Below, piece after piece: positions 13,429 through 26,893 of a stretch of DNA of 64,000 bases. The DNA lies in contig NW_018405739.1 in NCBI RefSeq assembly GCF_002113885.1, forward strand, positions 576,977 through 640,976. Direction: 5' to 3'. The position numbers and the translations under genes are program-made. The first letter of the stretch is position 1. Every line of letters begins with the position of its first letter. Source of the stretch: Mizuhopecten yessoensis. Lineage: Eukaryota. The notes under the pieces are model-generated. The model worked only from the letters and a program-made list of their open reading frames with translations. It did not search any database and was not told the DNA's origin.

Positions 13429-16339
13429 GTGGCTATCAGACTGATGAACAGTGATATGTGATTATGATGGGCAAGGAACACACAGTAGACCAGGTGTATT
13501 ACCTACTGCTGTGTACCATGTCTTGTTGTCAAACACAAAAACTCAAGGTGTCAGAACCTTTGTCAATTCAAAATAACTTGGTTATGGTCATTGAAAAATT
13601 GTGTTTCCGATAAATGTTAATTTTGATTAGTATTATTATTTATTTAGTTGATTAATTAAGTATTGATTTATTTGAAGTGTTTAAACATACTTTTCATGGA
13701 AGAAGGGATCAACTTGGTGTCTCCATCCGCAGTAGATTATCAGTAGTATTGTTCACCAACATGACTGCAATATACCAATGATTAAATTATTTCGTTAAAT
13801 TGTGTATTCATCATGTGTCCTTAGTTTTTCTTGTTATGTCAGCATTACCAACATGTAAACTCCAACGTGTGCCTCATCTTCGTATTATATGTTATATTCT
13901 AATCATCAATAAAAAAAAAGATGTTGTATATATTAATTATCATTTTTATAATTCAGTACTGAACGTTTATAATGCCGTCATAAAATAGAAACTCTAAAGA
14001 TAGGCCTGGATGCAACAAACAAGAAAAATAACACAATAATGAACGTTACTTTCCGTACCCATTTGGTATTTACTATATATTATAAATTTGTAATACAATT
14101 ATCATAAATTAAGATGACTAAGCTACATCTATCAAACGTTTTCTCTATTCATTCTCTTGTTGTATGCAAACAAAAGATGTATCGCTTTTCGTGTTGTTTT
14201 AGCCATTCGTTGTGTTTGTTAGTTCACATTTAAAGCTTGGACATTTCCTATACCTATATATGAAAGGTTGTTTGACCACTACACTCGAGTTATCTTTCTT
14301 TTTGTACGGTTCACGTTCAAATTACACCGTTAACTCATCATCTGGATTTAGCCTCCTATTTTGTTTGTTTGTGAAGAATTCCCCTTCGTGTAGGTGGCTC
14401 ATCAAACCTGGTAGTCCACGAGATGTTCCTATAGGAGTTGACCAAGGGAAGAAAAGGAGCGTATTAACAAAACAGTTTCAGGTTGTAGATAATATTATTA
14501 TATCATACTATTAAACATATTATAATAAATCGTTTGTTAAGCTTAAGGATCCGGCACTTAAAAAAAGGTTAATTTAAACCTAAAATAGAACATCAACAGT
14601 AGTTTTGCAGTGACGAATCTACATTTTATTATAATGGGTCCTTTTCAACTGTATTGCTAGAAACAACGGGTTTCCAGAAATTGTATGACTATCGGACTCG
14701 GGACTCGTATGTAGATTTATCACTGGTTGAGAGTACTTGTCTATTCGGATCTACTCGTAACCCAAACCAAGTGGTAATACTGATTTTATCGATGATTTGG
14801 AATCATGAATGGCTGTTTTTGGCTAATTTGAGACTTTTTCTACTTCCTTTTAAATTATACCTAACCTATTTTGATAAAATATGGCACAATTAACACCCTA
14901 AACAAGAGATGAATATATTACTGGCTACAATATTTTCGATTTCTTCTTCAAGATCCACCTTGCTGATATAATCAGTATGGTGACAATGTTTGACCAGGAG
15001 GTGATATTGTGTTTACCAGGTTTTTCCTGTTTTATATTTAACCGCTTTTAAACATCCTTAACTATACTGTCATTTGTATTTTCAACTTCTGCAGCATCAC
15101 CGATGAGATTTTATTAAAAGCATGCATATTCGAAGAAATAGAGTATTGGCCCATTGTACAATGTAGTACATAGGTTGATCTACGTGCTGGTTCGTTGTAT
15201 AATAATCACTAAAAACACGAAGAAATAAAGCACCTTTTGAAAACTGTTTGTAGAAGCAGAAAGCAAACAAAATTAACTTTTCACTGCACCGTATGGCCAT
15301 TTCGTCCATCTTCAGGTCAATAAAATGAAAATAGCAACAGCGGAAAGATATTTTATACTTTAACTAGTTTGCAATGTTAAACCTGTCAGAATAAATTCAA
15401 GCCACAAGTTTACAGCTAACCTCGGGGACTGATATAATCCAAAAGCATAGTCAGCAACCGTGTTACGGAAATTAATAACTAGAAGCAAGTGGATCAACCC
15501 ATGTACTTCAAACGATGCTAAATATCAAATGACCCTCTCAATTAGTCACCCTCCAATAATTTTATTCCATTATACAGATTCTGTAATTATGACTGTATGC
15601 TTACCGTAATTTCTTGTGTATTTGTTGCAAGCTTATACGAAAAATGATTCCTCTGCGAAGTATCTGATGAAGCTGGCAATGTGGCGAAATGCTTACAAAT
15701 AAAAACAACAAGGCAAAGTATTGTAAGGCAATCCAGTCCCCAAACGATAATTGATGTCTTTATTTACCGAGCAGTACACCTCAGTATCACAGGATATAAA
15801 TCAGAGTGACATACTTCTTGTACTCCGCATTTCGCCAACATAGACATACATGTACGTGCATACTAAACGTGGTTACTCAAGATGAAATACGATAAAGGTT
15901 TAAAATGCACCTGACAAACCTTTTCAAAGGTTGAAGTCATAATCACAGTAACCTATTGTTTGTACTTGACACTCCGCTATTCCAAGATGTACTTGCATGC
16001 TAAATCTGCTAAAAAAATAAAAAGTATAGAAGATATGCCCCGGACAAACTCTTCGAACGGACGGATTGCCGGACGGATTGCAATATGATATCTTTCAAAT
16101 TCAAGATCGTATGCATCTTATTATAAACAGAAAACACTACAATAAATACATATTATCGCTATTTAATAATCAAACCCATGCCTGAAAAATTGGTTCATAT
16201 CACCAATACTATATCATATCGTTTATGTGGACTACTTATTAGAAGACAAAAGACCATATAGAGACTAAAACAAGAACTGAAAACAGTCACGTGACAGAAA
16301 AGATGGCATGTCATGTGGAAAGGATGGGTTTACGAGAGT

Positions 16340-16690
16340 ATCGAGAGAACCTAGCAAGGCTAGCGAAGGGATTAAGAAGGCAATGAATGTAAGATCGATG
16401 AATACTGCGTCATTTATCAATGATTCCTCAACTTTTACCAAGACTCAGTGGAAAGTTCATGATCTTGTGAAGAAGACTACAACCGTTCCAGCTCCAGGTG
16501 TAAGTGGGATGCTTTTTCATAGTATATAAGATATGATCAAGATTACTGAGGAGTCTGGTTGTGGTGAGCATACCAGGATTCTCAGCCAACTGATCAGGGA
16601 AGCCAAGTCCAGCCAAGGACATGTTGCAGTTGTGTTCCTCGAACAGCCAAATGCGCATTCGATTCTACACCAGCTGATTAGGAAACGTAT
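16340..16690 (+). mobile_element. Decayed HERO/R2-group non-LTR retrotransposon RT fragment
   Basis: WKVHDLVKKTTTVPAPGVSG and GCGEHTRILSQLIREAKSSQGHVAVVFLEQPNAHSILHQLI resemble the RT motifs APGPSG and GCxEH...QLIREAK...VWLDLANAYGSIPH. There is an internal stop and an apparent deletion. Confidence 0.65.
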
Positions 16691-16839
16691 AGCGTTTATA
16701 CATCACGGAACAAATAAGTTTGTTTGCAAAAAGGTTTGATACAATAGGATAGTGATAGTATGCTTAGCTATTGGGAATCCAAGTTCTATAATTCATGTGG
16801 CTTACAAACTGGTACTTGGAGTTTTGTAAAACTATCTAA

Positions 16840-17710
16840 ACACTGATCCTGAATGGCAAAAGCAGCTACCGCAAGATTTGGTTGAAATCCGTTCCGAGCA
16901 TTGAGAGATTCTCTCTAAAGCAAATGTTGATGGACGACAGACGGAGAGTGAAAACCCACCATATAACATCACTTTCATCTCATCTAAGGTAAGCTTTAAA
17001 AAATAATTGTGGAAAGAGATATAATCAGTTGTGACTTGCTGTAAAAGAACAAGAGGCCCAATGGGCCTGAATCGCTCACCTGGTATTAATCTCGCACTAG
17101 AAGTGGACTAATATACAGCTTATCCGATATGTACAAGTTTGTAAGCCACATTAATCATAGAACTTTGATTTACAATAGCTAAGCGTGTTAGCACTATCTG
17201 GTCGAAACCTGCTTGGTATATAGAGAGATGTGGCATTAAGCGAATCAGCCGAACTTACCAGCTATCAGACACTAACAGGATCAGACGATATATTTCACTT
17301 TTTGTTTCCCTTGGGCATAGAATGCTATTTGTGTACCAAAATTTACTTTAAACAGTATTTTATTCAATAAGCATGCATGGTTATAACATGTTATTTCAAA
17401 AAGACTGGAAGACAAGCTTAGAGCTTATATTTATTCCTCTCCAAAAAAGCTTAAGACCTGCCCAGGATATTGGTAATATATGCATTTAAAGCAGTCAACC
17501 AATTTTAGCACGGTCACATTGCCCTTCAGTCCAAACAATAGTTAACCATTACGTTTGTAAAACTTTTGATCCTGAATGGCAGAAATCCGTTCAGGGCATT
17601 GGGAGATCTTCTCTAAAGCAAATGTTGATGGACGACAGACGATGATGGAGGACGAAACACCACCATATAACCTCGTAACGGTATTTCATCTCAGGTAGGC
17701 AAATAAAAAA
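16840..17710 (-). mobile_element. Cluster of HINE-like terminal fragments
   Basis: Two copies of GATCCTGAATGGCA...CTCTAAAGCAAATGTTGATGGACGACAGACG (about 16845-17000 and 17568-17705). Terminal hairpin AGGCCCAATGGGCCT with GCTCACCTGG at 17048-17085, nearly the same as at 50616. Confidence 0.6.
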
Positions 17711-19029
17711 TAATTTAACACCATTATCTTCATTTGATGTTTTATTGAATTATCACACACAATAATGACAACATATATGGCATGTATCTGTGCATGAGAC
17801 TTTGTTCTTGCATCTTGTATTATAAGTGTATCCCTGTCATTGCGAGTTGTTAGCATGTTCATGTTACTGTGGGTATACAGTCATACCTATGTATGTGTTT
17901 TGTATGTCCCAACCCTAGCTCAGATATGAACTGTTCAATACACCCTACACATCGGACTCAAAATACAGAAAGTAACCCCCATATTCCCAGATCAAACCAC
18001 GATAGGAATTAAAATCCTTAGGTCAGGATCTTTCCATTAATGGTCTATGCACAAGTGTTTGTTATCTAGTACCAAATTAAAAGTAGCACCATTAACTAGT
18101 ATCTTTCACAAATACAATTATTAGGAAGTTTGGCTCCAGCAAGATGCCATACAAAAATTGGCAACAAAATGCCAGAAAAAATCTTTCACATAATTATGAA
18201 GGAGCTGTTGGTTTGAAAATTTAAAAAGGTCATGAAAAATGTCAATTGACTAGAACTTGAATTAATGAAAACAGGATTAAGATTAGCAAAAAGAAATTTA
18301 TTGCAACTTTGTAATTTATTTTTGAAGAATTTCTTTAAGATGTTTGCATCTACCGACAGAATTTTCCTTAATGTTTATATTTTCAACCTACAGAGTATTA
18401 AATATTAGACTGGATCATGATCTATGAAATAATATTTCAATAGGTATCATGAATGCTCAACAACAAGTGAAATGGATTTCTTGAAAATTATGTTGAAAGT
18501 TTACCTTTAATTTTCCATTACTTTTTTACCACTTTTCAATCAGTACATCATTGCTATAAATCATCCTATACAAAAACAATAAATTGTACACAAAAACGGT
18601 ATTTTTCAGCTGAAAGACTTATGAGATCAGTTAAACAATGCAACACTTGTCCGTTCCTGTTAACAGTCAAACAATATCAACAGATAATTGCAAGTAGAAT
18701 GCCTAAATGTATTGCATTAGATATATGTACATTAAACAGAATCGTTAATCTGCACCAACTTAGCTTCTTCAATCAACCTTGCCCTTAAATCAAAGAACAC
18801 ATTTATCCTCTGACAGTTTTCGTTTATACTCTGTTCATTATCAATCGTTATGGATCAATAAGTAAGTGGAGTGTTAAAAAGGAGTATCAACAATCTTTCA
18901 GCATTATCTATCCCTACCCTGTTTTATTTCTATGAGAATGTGTATAAAAATAATCATGTAATAAAAAGTTGTGAGTGGACAACCAGGCTGGTTATATTAT
19001 AAGTGTAAAGCACTGAATGGGTCAAGGTC

Positions 19030-20165
19030 CATGTATCACAGTATCATCCCTCAGCAGACAGGGGCAACCCTAGCCTGCATATAATTATACATGTACTGTA
19101 TCATCCCTCAGCAGACAGATGCAGACAGAGGCAGCCCTAGTCTGTATTTGTAATGCATGTACTGTATCATCCGTCAGCAGACAGAGGCAGCCCTAGTCTG
19201 TATTTGTAATGCATGTACTGTATCATCCGTCAGCAGACAGAGGCAGCCTTTGTCTGTATTTGTAATGCATGTACTGTATCATCCTTCGGCAGACAGACAA
19301 CCCTAGCCTACCTATACATAAATGTACTGTATCATCCCTCATGCAGAGAGAGGCAGTCCTAGTCTGTTTATATACATGTACATACATGTACTGTATCATC
19401 CCTCAGGGAGACATAGGCAGCCTCAGCCTGTTTTTACTGTATCATCCCTCAGCAGACAGAGGCAGCCTCAGCCTGTTTGTACTGTATCATCCCTCAGCAG
19501 ACAGATGCAGACAGAGGCAGCCCTAGTCTGTATTTGTAATGCATGTACTGTATCATCCTTCAGCAGACAGACAACCCTAGCCTACCTATACATAAATGTA
19601 CTGTATCATCCCTCATGCAGACAGAGGCAGTCCTAGTCTGTTTATATACATGTACATACATGTACTGTATCATCCCTCAGCAGACTGAGGCAGCCTCAGC
19701 CTGTTTGTACTGTATCATCCCTCAGCAGACAGATGCAGACAGAGGCAGCCCTAGTCTGTATTTTTAATGCATGTACTGTATCATCCTTCAGCAGACAGAC
19801 ACCCCTAGCCTACCTATACATACATATACTGTATCATCCCTCAGGGAGACATAGGCAGCCTGAGCCTGTTTGTACTGTATCATCCCTCAGCAGACTGAGG
19901 CAGCCTCAGCCTGTTTGTACTGTATCCTCCCTCAGCAGACAGAGGCAGGCCTAGTCTGGATATATACATACATGTACTGTATCAGCCCTCAGCAGACAGA
20001 GGCAGCCCTAGTCTGTATATATACATACATATACTGTATCATTCCTCAGCAGACATAGGCAGCCTCAGCCTGTTTGTACTGTATCACCTCTTAGCAGACA
20101 GGGACAGCCCTGGTCTGTATATATGCATACATGTTCTGTGTGTATCATCCTTTGCAGACAGGGTC
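19030..20165. repeat. Complex minisatellite (about 40-60 bp variant units, with higher-order block duplication)
   Basis: Core TGTACTGTATCATCCCTCAGCAGACAGAGGCAGCC repeated about 20 times. The block starting at 19269 recurs at 19543. Confidence 0.93.
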
Positions 20166-23100
20166 AGCAGTAACCCATATCCTTTAAAGCATTACTTAAA
20201 GTACCATCCTCCACAGCAAGGGATATCCTAGCCTTATACTACACACATTCCCCTTAGTAGACCGGTGTAGCTGTAGCCAGTATACAGTTTGGTATCGTCC
20301 CTTAGCAGACAGGAGATCCTAGTCTGCATTTTTATCCCTAAGCGAGACATAACAAATTTCCAGATTATTACATCATAATTGCTTCCATTTCTTTTCAATG
20401 ATGACGAAATAATCACATAGGAAATAACACAAACAACACCATGCTATTATCATAGAAAAGTATTACAAGATTTCATGTGAGCAAGTGTTACTTTAAAGGT
20501 CATCTAATTGTCTTTTTACATATACTTATTTACATACATATTGTTTAAGACAATGTTGAGGAATGATACTGTGCCTTGACAATTATTTGCGTGACATTGT
20601 AGAACATGTGAAATAGTAAATCTAGTACAATTTATTGAATTAAGGCAGAATATATCTAATGCATAAATATCTACCATTAATTCTGAGGTTTTTGAGGTTT
20701 GTTTAATATGTAACAAGAGCAACACAATTATACTATGATTTAAGTACATGTAGCTCTGTTCACATACTTAATAACATATATACAATTTGGTTTTATTGTC
20801 TGGTGTATTATACATTCTGTGCATGTATGCATTTGGACAAGTATTCTACATTGGCAAGAATTAACTGGACAGATTACTTGCAGAATAATTGAAAGTAAAC
20901 TTGAAAAAATCAGAGGAAAATGCTGTAGTTATTTCCATAAATTAAATCTACATTTGAATTAGAATAATATTTCAAAATAATTTTACAATAAAATTGTGTA
21001 ACTTACTTTTAGTAGTATTAAAAACAACTTTACATGTTCACAAGAAAAGCATGCGAGGACAAAAGAATCATGGCTAAATTTTACACATGGATTTCAAGTT
21101 CAGTACAAAATTACCAACATAGTTACCATTGTTACACTAATATAAGAAGTATATTTCAGGTAAATATACTAATTCTGTCAGGTTTTTACGTATGGAATGT
21201 GTTTCAGTGACATGTAGATTACATATTAATGAAGTGCAGTTCAAAGTTGTAAGGTATCATCACTGTGCTGCCTATACAAATGTATCTACTGGGTCTGATT
21301 TGAGATGGACAAGTCTTTTCTAAAGTTTTGAAATATCCTGTAAATCAAATGTCTTCATTTAATCTTTCCATCTTATATGTCGATACATTTTAACAAGAGT
21401 TTTATCTAATTAACAAGAAATGACTATTGATTTGAAATTTTCAAAAACAACAAATGAACAATTTTCCCAACTAGCTCATCTGATATCTAGTTTGCAGATT
21501 CTTGCAATAATTGAAATTAACAAAAACAAGTCTGAAGTAGCAATCACTAATTAGGCTCTTTAACGTAAATTTGTCAAGAGATCATGATAAAAGGATATGA
21601 AACGCACAGTGTCAAAACAAAAATGAGTTACATCACAACTACAGACTATCCAACTTCATTTGGTATCTCAATATTTCAGATAGTGAACAAAATATCCTAT
21701 CAATTTTAACATAACTTTCATTAAACCAACAGTCATCATAGGGGATTACAAACAAATCCACTCAAAACTTCATTTGAAAATTACTATTTTTTATATCTAT
21801 ATTTGTAAATCTAGGACCAGAACAAAATGTGTACAACACTGTCAACATAATCAGCAAAACAACATTTGAACTTTTTTTTTTTTTAGTCATTAACTATTGT
21901 TAATTGAAAAATAGTTTGCATTTGATTAAAATACAACTTCCTGGATATACCCCGAGACAACACAACTTTTACAGTAAAATGACATAAGATTAATAAAACT
22001 CCGTTGGATATTTTGTTCGTAACTATCTCAAATATTCAGAAACCTAACTAGGTAGATACACTGCCACAATCCTTTTGTTAACAGTTAAATGTTGCATTTT
22101 TTAGTTTTCAGAAATATGCACAGAACATTTTGTGACTTCATATTAAACTGTTTTGCAGAAATATAATAAGTAAGAATTTTGTTTTTTTAATGTTTCTGTT
22201 TTGTTTTATGCCTAGGACTGTTTTGTCTCATTCCTGTAACTAGGATGTCATGGGTAAAGACCCAGCCTGATTATTGTACATATGATATATCATTACTGTT
22301 TGGCATGTTTCATGCAGTATAAGCTATTAAATTTGTATGCATGTCTTTTGAATATTGTGGTAGCTCGAATGTACACCCAAGATATTTTTTCCCATCAACC
22401 TAAGTCTGTCACCATGTGCCAAACACAGTCAACTATTTAAGGTTTCAAAATGAACTCCTTGGAAAACATTCTTCATTTTGGTAATGGGACAGACTCTCAG
22501 CTGGACCACTGTATATGGGTTTATTTTACTGAATATTTATTATTAATCATAATACAAGCATGCACTTGTCCTACTTGTGGTAACTAACAATAAAAGTCTC
22601 ACTCATAATCAATCTTTATCTCTTACCAGTTGATTTCATAACTTCAATATCAAACTATTAAAACCCTAGTTTTAAATGAAACTTTGTTCTTGATATTTCA
22701 GTAAACTTGAAAATGGTCCAGCTTGCAATATGGTGTAATACTTAATCGTCAATCGAAGTTATTGTGAATTGTGCTACACCCCCTGTAGGGAGCTATTATG
22801 TATACACTGCCATACTGCACATTAATACCTACCAATAAACAAGAATGACAACTATCTGAATTATTAATTCATAAACAGACCTACATTGTAAATAGAAATA
22901 CACATATATATAGGATTAATTTTAAGTGGTGGTAGGGAACACCTTAGCCCTCATGATTACATAATGATTCATGAATTTTACTTAATCATTGTGAAAACAA
23001 TATATCCCTAAGGCAATAATAGTGTTGATTAAAAAATGAAAAAGTCGTTTGTTTTTACAGTTTAAATCTCAAGTTTTTAACCCAAAAACATCATCCATAG

Positions 23101-25673
23101 TAATCAAAACGTTGGAATGAAATATTTTTTATGAAATTTAATTGTTTCAGTCTCCTGCAGTTCAATATAAACAAGGTTTCACAGCAGATTGATAACGTAG
23201 ACATACTTAATCAAAACCAATTGTCACTTGTATTAATTGATCGAGGAGAAAACAACAGGTAATATCTATCTAGAATGAGAGCGATATGATTATTTACAGT
23301 AATAAGTACCTGTTTAACCAGGTTAACAACCGACATCATTTCAAGGAATTAAAAAACAATAAAAACTTTTTTATATATTTCAATGGACTGAAACTTTAAA
23401 GGGAGGGAACTTCCAATATTGGTTTTATTTCAGTTAATAATTAATCATGTCGTAAATAAAAATTGGTGCTTGAAAACTAATCAACAAATTAGTAAAATGT
23501 ACTTTGGAATATGGAGAAACAGCATCATGAATCAAAATATTAACTAAAATGCCTACTTCTTTCAACTCATCTTTTCTATAAACATTTTTTATAATTTCAA
23601 ATTCAAGGGCCTGTATAAACCTCATGGTATAGACAAGATTTGTAGATTGACCAAGGAACAGATTCCTTTCCTAATTCAATTTAAATGCTACCACAACTGA
23701 TATTACAAAAATATACCACGGTTTGTTTGCACCCACGTGGTGGTAGCATAGAACGATCTACATAGACCTAACAAAAGTAAAAGCATTATTTAAGGTGTTA
23801 GTAAAAATCTCATTAATTAACCAGCTGGATCTCCGGAAGGAATATGAATGAGGTACAAGGGTGGTTTTATCATCAGATACCTGCGATTGATGTCAATAAG
23901 GCAAGCTTTAATACAGTTGATACTTAACATGCCTCATGATATAGAATTAGAACTAATGTTACGTAAAAGAGGATGCAGGTAGGTCATTGAAACTGACGAA
24001 AAGCTTAAGGGCTTTTTATTCATATAATATTTGGCAAAGTGCACATACAGGTGTTATATGACCAAGCAAACAATAGTTCCCAGTATGATAAAATGTTGAA
24101 AGAAAATATCCAGTATTCCAGCAAATGATCACTTTGAAGCCAAACTACAAAGCATATATACTCCAAGTAGCAGTGAAATAAATAATTAGTTAAAAAAAAA
24201 TATGTTTCAAAATTACTGCCAGTAATAATGGATACATTATCATGGACCAACTATGTAAACTGAATAGGAAATAGGAAATGTTACAGATGAATTCAATAGG
24301 AAATCAATTCAACTTTTGGGAGTATGAATTATAAGTTCACAAATGTAATGTTTATATACGAACCAGGTGATCATCACAATTAAGCTGGGTTATATTATGT
24401 CCCGGAGATTTGAACATTGTCTTTACAGGAGGGTAAGCTTTACTAGGTTTTAGAAAGGCACTAAAGAGTTTACATGAAATGACTATTAAGTTTTGTAATG
24501 AGAGCTTTATTAAACACTGAAAAAAGCCAAAGTGACAGCAATACTTTCCAACAATCCATAAAATAGCATATTGTAGGGAAAAAGTCACATATGACTGCAA
24601 AAAGCTGAACAATTTGTAAGTGATCAAAAACAATCCCAAAACTCCAAACATTTGTTTTAGATCAACGTCCTCTTCCCCTGGGACAACTTCAATTGAGCTG
24701 ATGTATGAAAGAAAACACTTCTTTAAAATTTTATGTTGATATTGGAGCAGTTATATTGGAATGCCATATGCTATGGCAACACTTGTACACATTTTTAAGT
24801 AAATGAGTGTAAATTCAACGCAGTTCATAAATCAACTTGAAAAAAAGCTGCTTTCTAACTAGTGTTGGCAGCTAAAGCTAATTTATGCAATTTGATATAA
24901 GCAGTATATGAAAATAAGAAAATCCGTTTGGTTCCCTTACAGACCCATATAATTATTCCTCCTTATCTGTACTTAACAATTTGAATGGTTTAAAAACATC
25001 AAACTGGAATTTTTATTTTCAAATCATCCTACCATACTGAAACAAAATCAATTTAATGTAATCATATATTAACGGTACTATCAAACTTATACATAATGGA
25101 ACTTTTTAAGCAAATGTTTGGGTGAATCAAAGAGACTTCTAAAAACCCATACATCCTGCCCATGTTTCAATTTAAGCTGTGCAATTTTACTTCTATTCAT
25201 ATATTTCTCACTTTTCAACACTCTGATCCATGATCTCAGTTGAAAAGCCCTCCAATTAGTATGTTGTGCTCTCACTGAGCTGGAGATTTTTTGACAGCTG
25301 CACAGACCGAAGCAGTGTCGGGGATCTGTATTGGTATAACTAATTAATACTTAGTAGTTAAGGTAGGAACCGAGCTTCATTCTTGATATAGCCTGTTGGT
25401 AACAAATTACATTAATATATTTTATATATAAATAACTGCAACTCAACAAGTACACATTCACATTATATACTAAATAACTAGTTCAAAGCTACCAAGACTA
25501 ATACCGTCTATAATGAGTATGCAAATTCTGACATTTTAATCAGTTCCATTTTAATATAAAACCCACATTATTTCAAAGTTATTTTAATGGAAGTTATAAA
25601 TGGAAGTTTTTGATGGTGAAGACAATCAATTTTACCAAGTAATTAATATTCATATTTTTAATCCGAATTTAAG

Positions 25674-25858
25674 TACTGTATACTGAGAAAGTTTCGCCCA
25701 GTCCAATATTTGCCCTTTGCCGATAATATCAATGTTTGCCTTGTGTTAATTTCCCCACTCACATATAATTACTATATAGTGTATGTTGTGAACTAATATT
25801 TGCTGTAATGAAAAACAGTGGAAGTTAAACTGCGGCAAAAATGTCACGGTATACAGTA
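25674..25858. mobile_element. Short MITE
   Basis: Terminal inverted repeats TACTGTATAC (25674-25683) / GTATACAGTA (25849-25858). Confidence 0.55.
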
Positions 25859-26893
25859 TCCTCCTCAAAGGGGACCCGTTAAACTCTTTTAAAAAGAATA
25901 TTGGTTTATAATCAAGGTTATATGTAAGACAGACTTAATCAGGAAAGTCCTAAATATAGTATTATTGACCTTCGCAAACTTAAAGTCTTTCCAAAATGAG
26001 ATCATTATGGATGGACACCAGGTCATTTCAGAACCCCAATCACTCACCAAAATATTAACTATCAAGTAAGGAGAATAAAGAAATCATACCACCGATAGTT
26101 GTAAACGAAAATGTCTCCTAGTCCCCCACCCCTCCACCACCACCCGCAAGTGTCCTAATGTCTGTCTCTTCATACATACATTGAAAATTTAGATTCATAA
26201 ATCTGTTGTTGACATTAAAAACATAATTCATCCTTTTCATCAGAATAAAACTTGATATATCAAACGGCCACTGTTTATTGTATTTATAATACTACAGCAC
26301 TTGATAGACATATTTGAAATCAAGGATAGAGCTGACTAAAAGTTAAGGAGCTGGTTAGTATCAGGGAACGCTAGCTACTCTATTAACATATCTATCTGGT
26401 AACACCTCCGAGACCCATCCAGCATTCAGGTATGTTCAGTTCTCCATATTCATTGTTTATATATGGAAATCTGAATGAACTGAATGGAATTCAATTGCAA
26501 CAGGCCACAAGACATTTTTAACAGCTGATATACCTCAAATTGTTTATCTTCTGTTCACCGATATATACTGCCATATGAACTTTTCCGAAAAAACATCAGA
26601 GCTTCAGTATAATCTAGAGATACACAGCATCTTAAAACAAAGATAAGAGAGTTTCTATCCTTGTCTTGCTGTTTGTTTTCAGTATAAAACGATTGACATT
26701 CACTTTTTAGTGAAAGTTTTTTTTTCATGTTGTGACTGGAACAGAAAGGAAACAAAACCTCCATCGGTTTCTTTAGCTTCAATACTGTTTTTCTGTGAAT
26801 AACATATGATGTAAGTTCCATAGCAGAACTGAACTGCAATGGCACAGCTTTTCCTCTTTTCTGATGTTCATGGAATAACTTTCTTTAACAGAA

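Noticed and set aside
15655-15700. Hammerhead-like CTGATGA-AGCTG...TGGC-GAAA-TGCT-TA
   Set aside because: The core is present but no stem I pairing flanks it. At most a decayed Penelope terminal relic; similar weaker traces near 15095 and 29805.
19269-20058. Overlapping Cys-rich ORFs (MYCIIPQ...)
   Set aside because: Translation artefacts of the minisatellite; same for 37118-37345 and 39250-39490.
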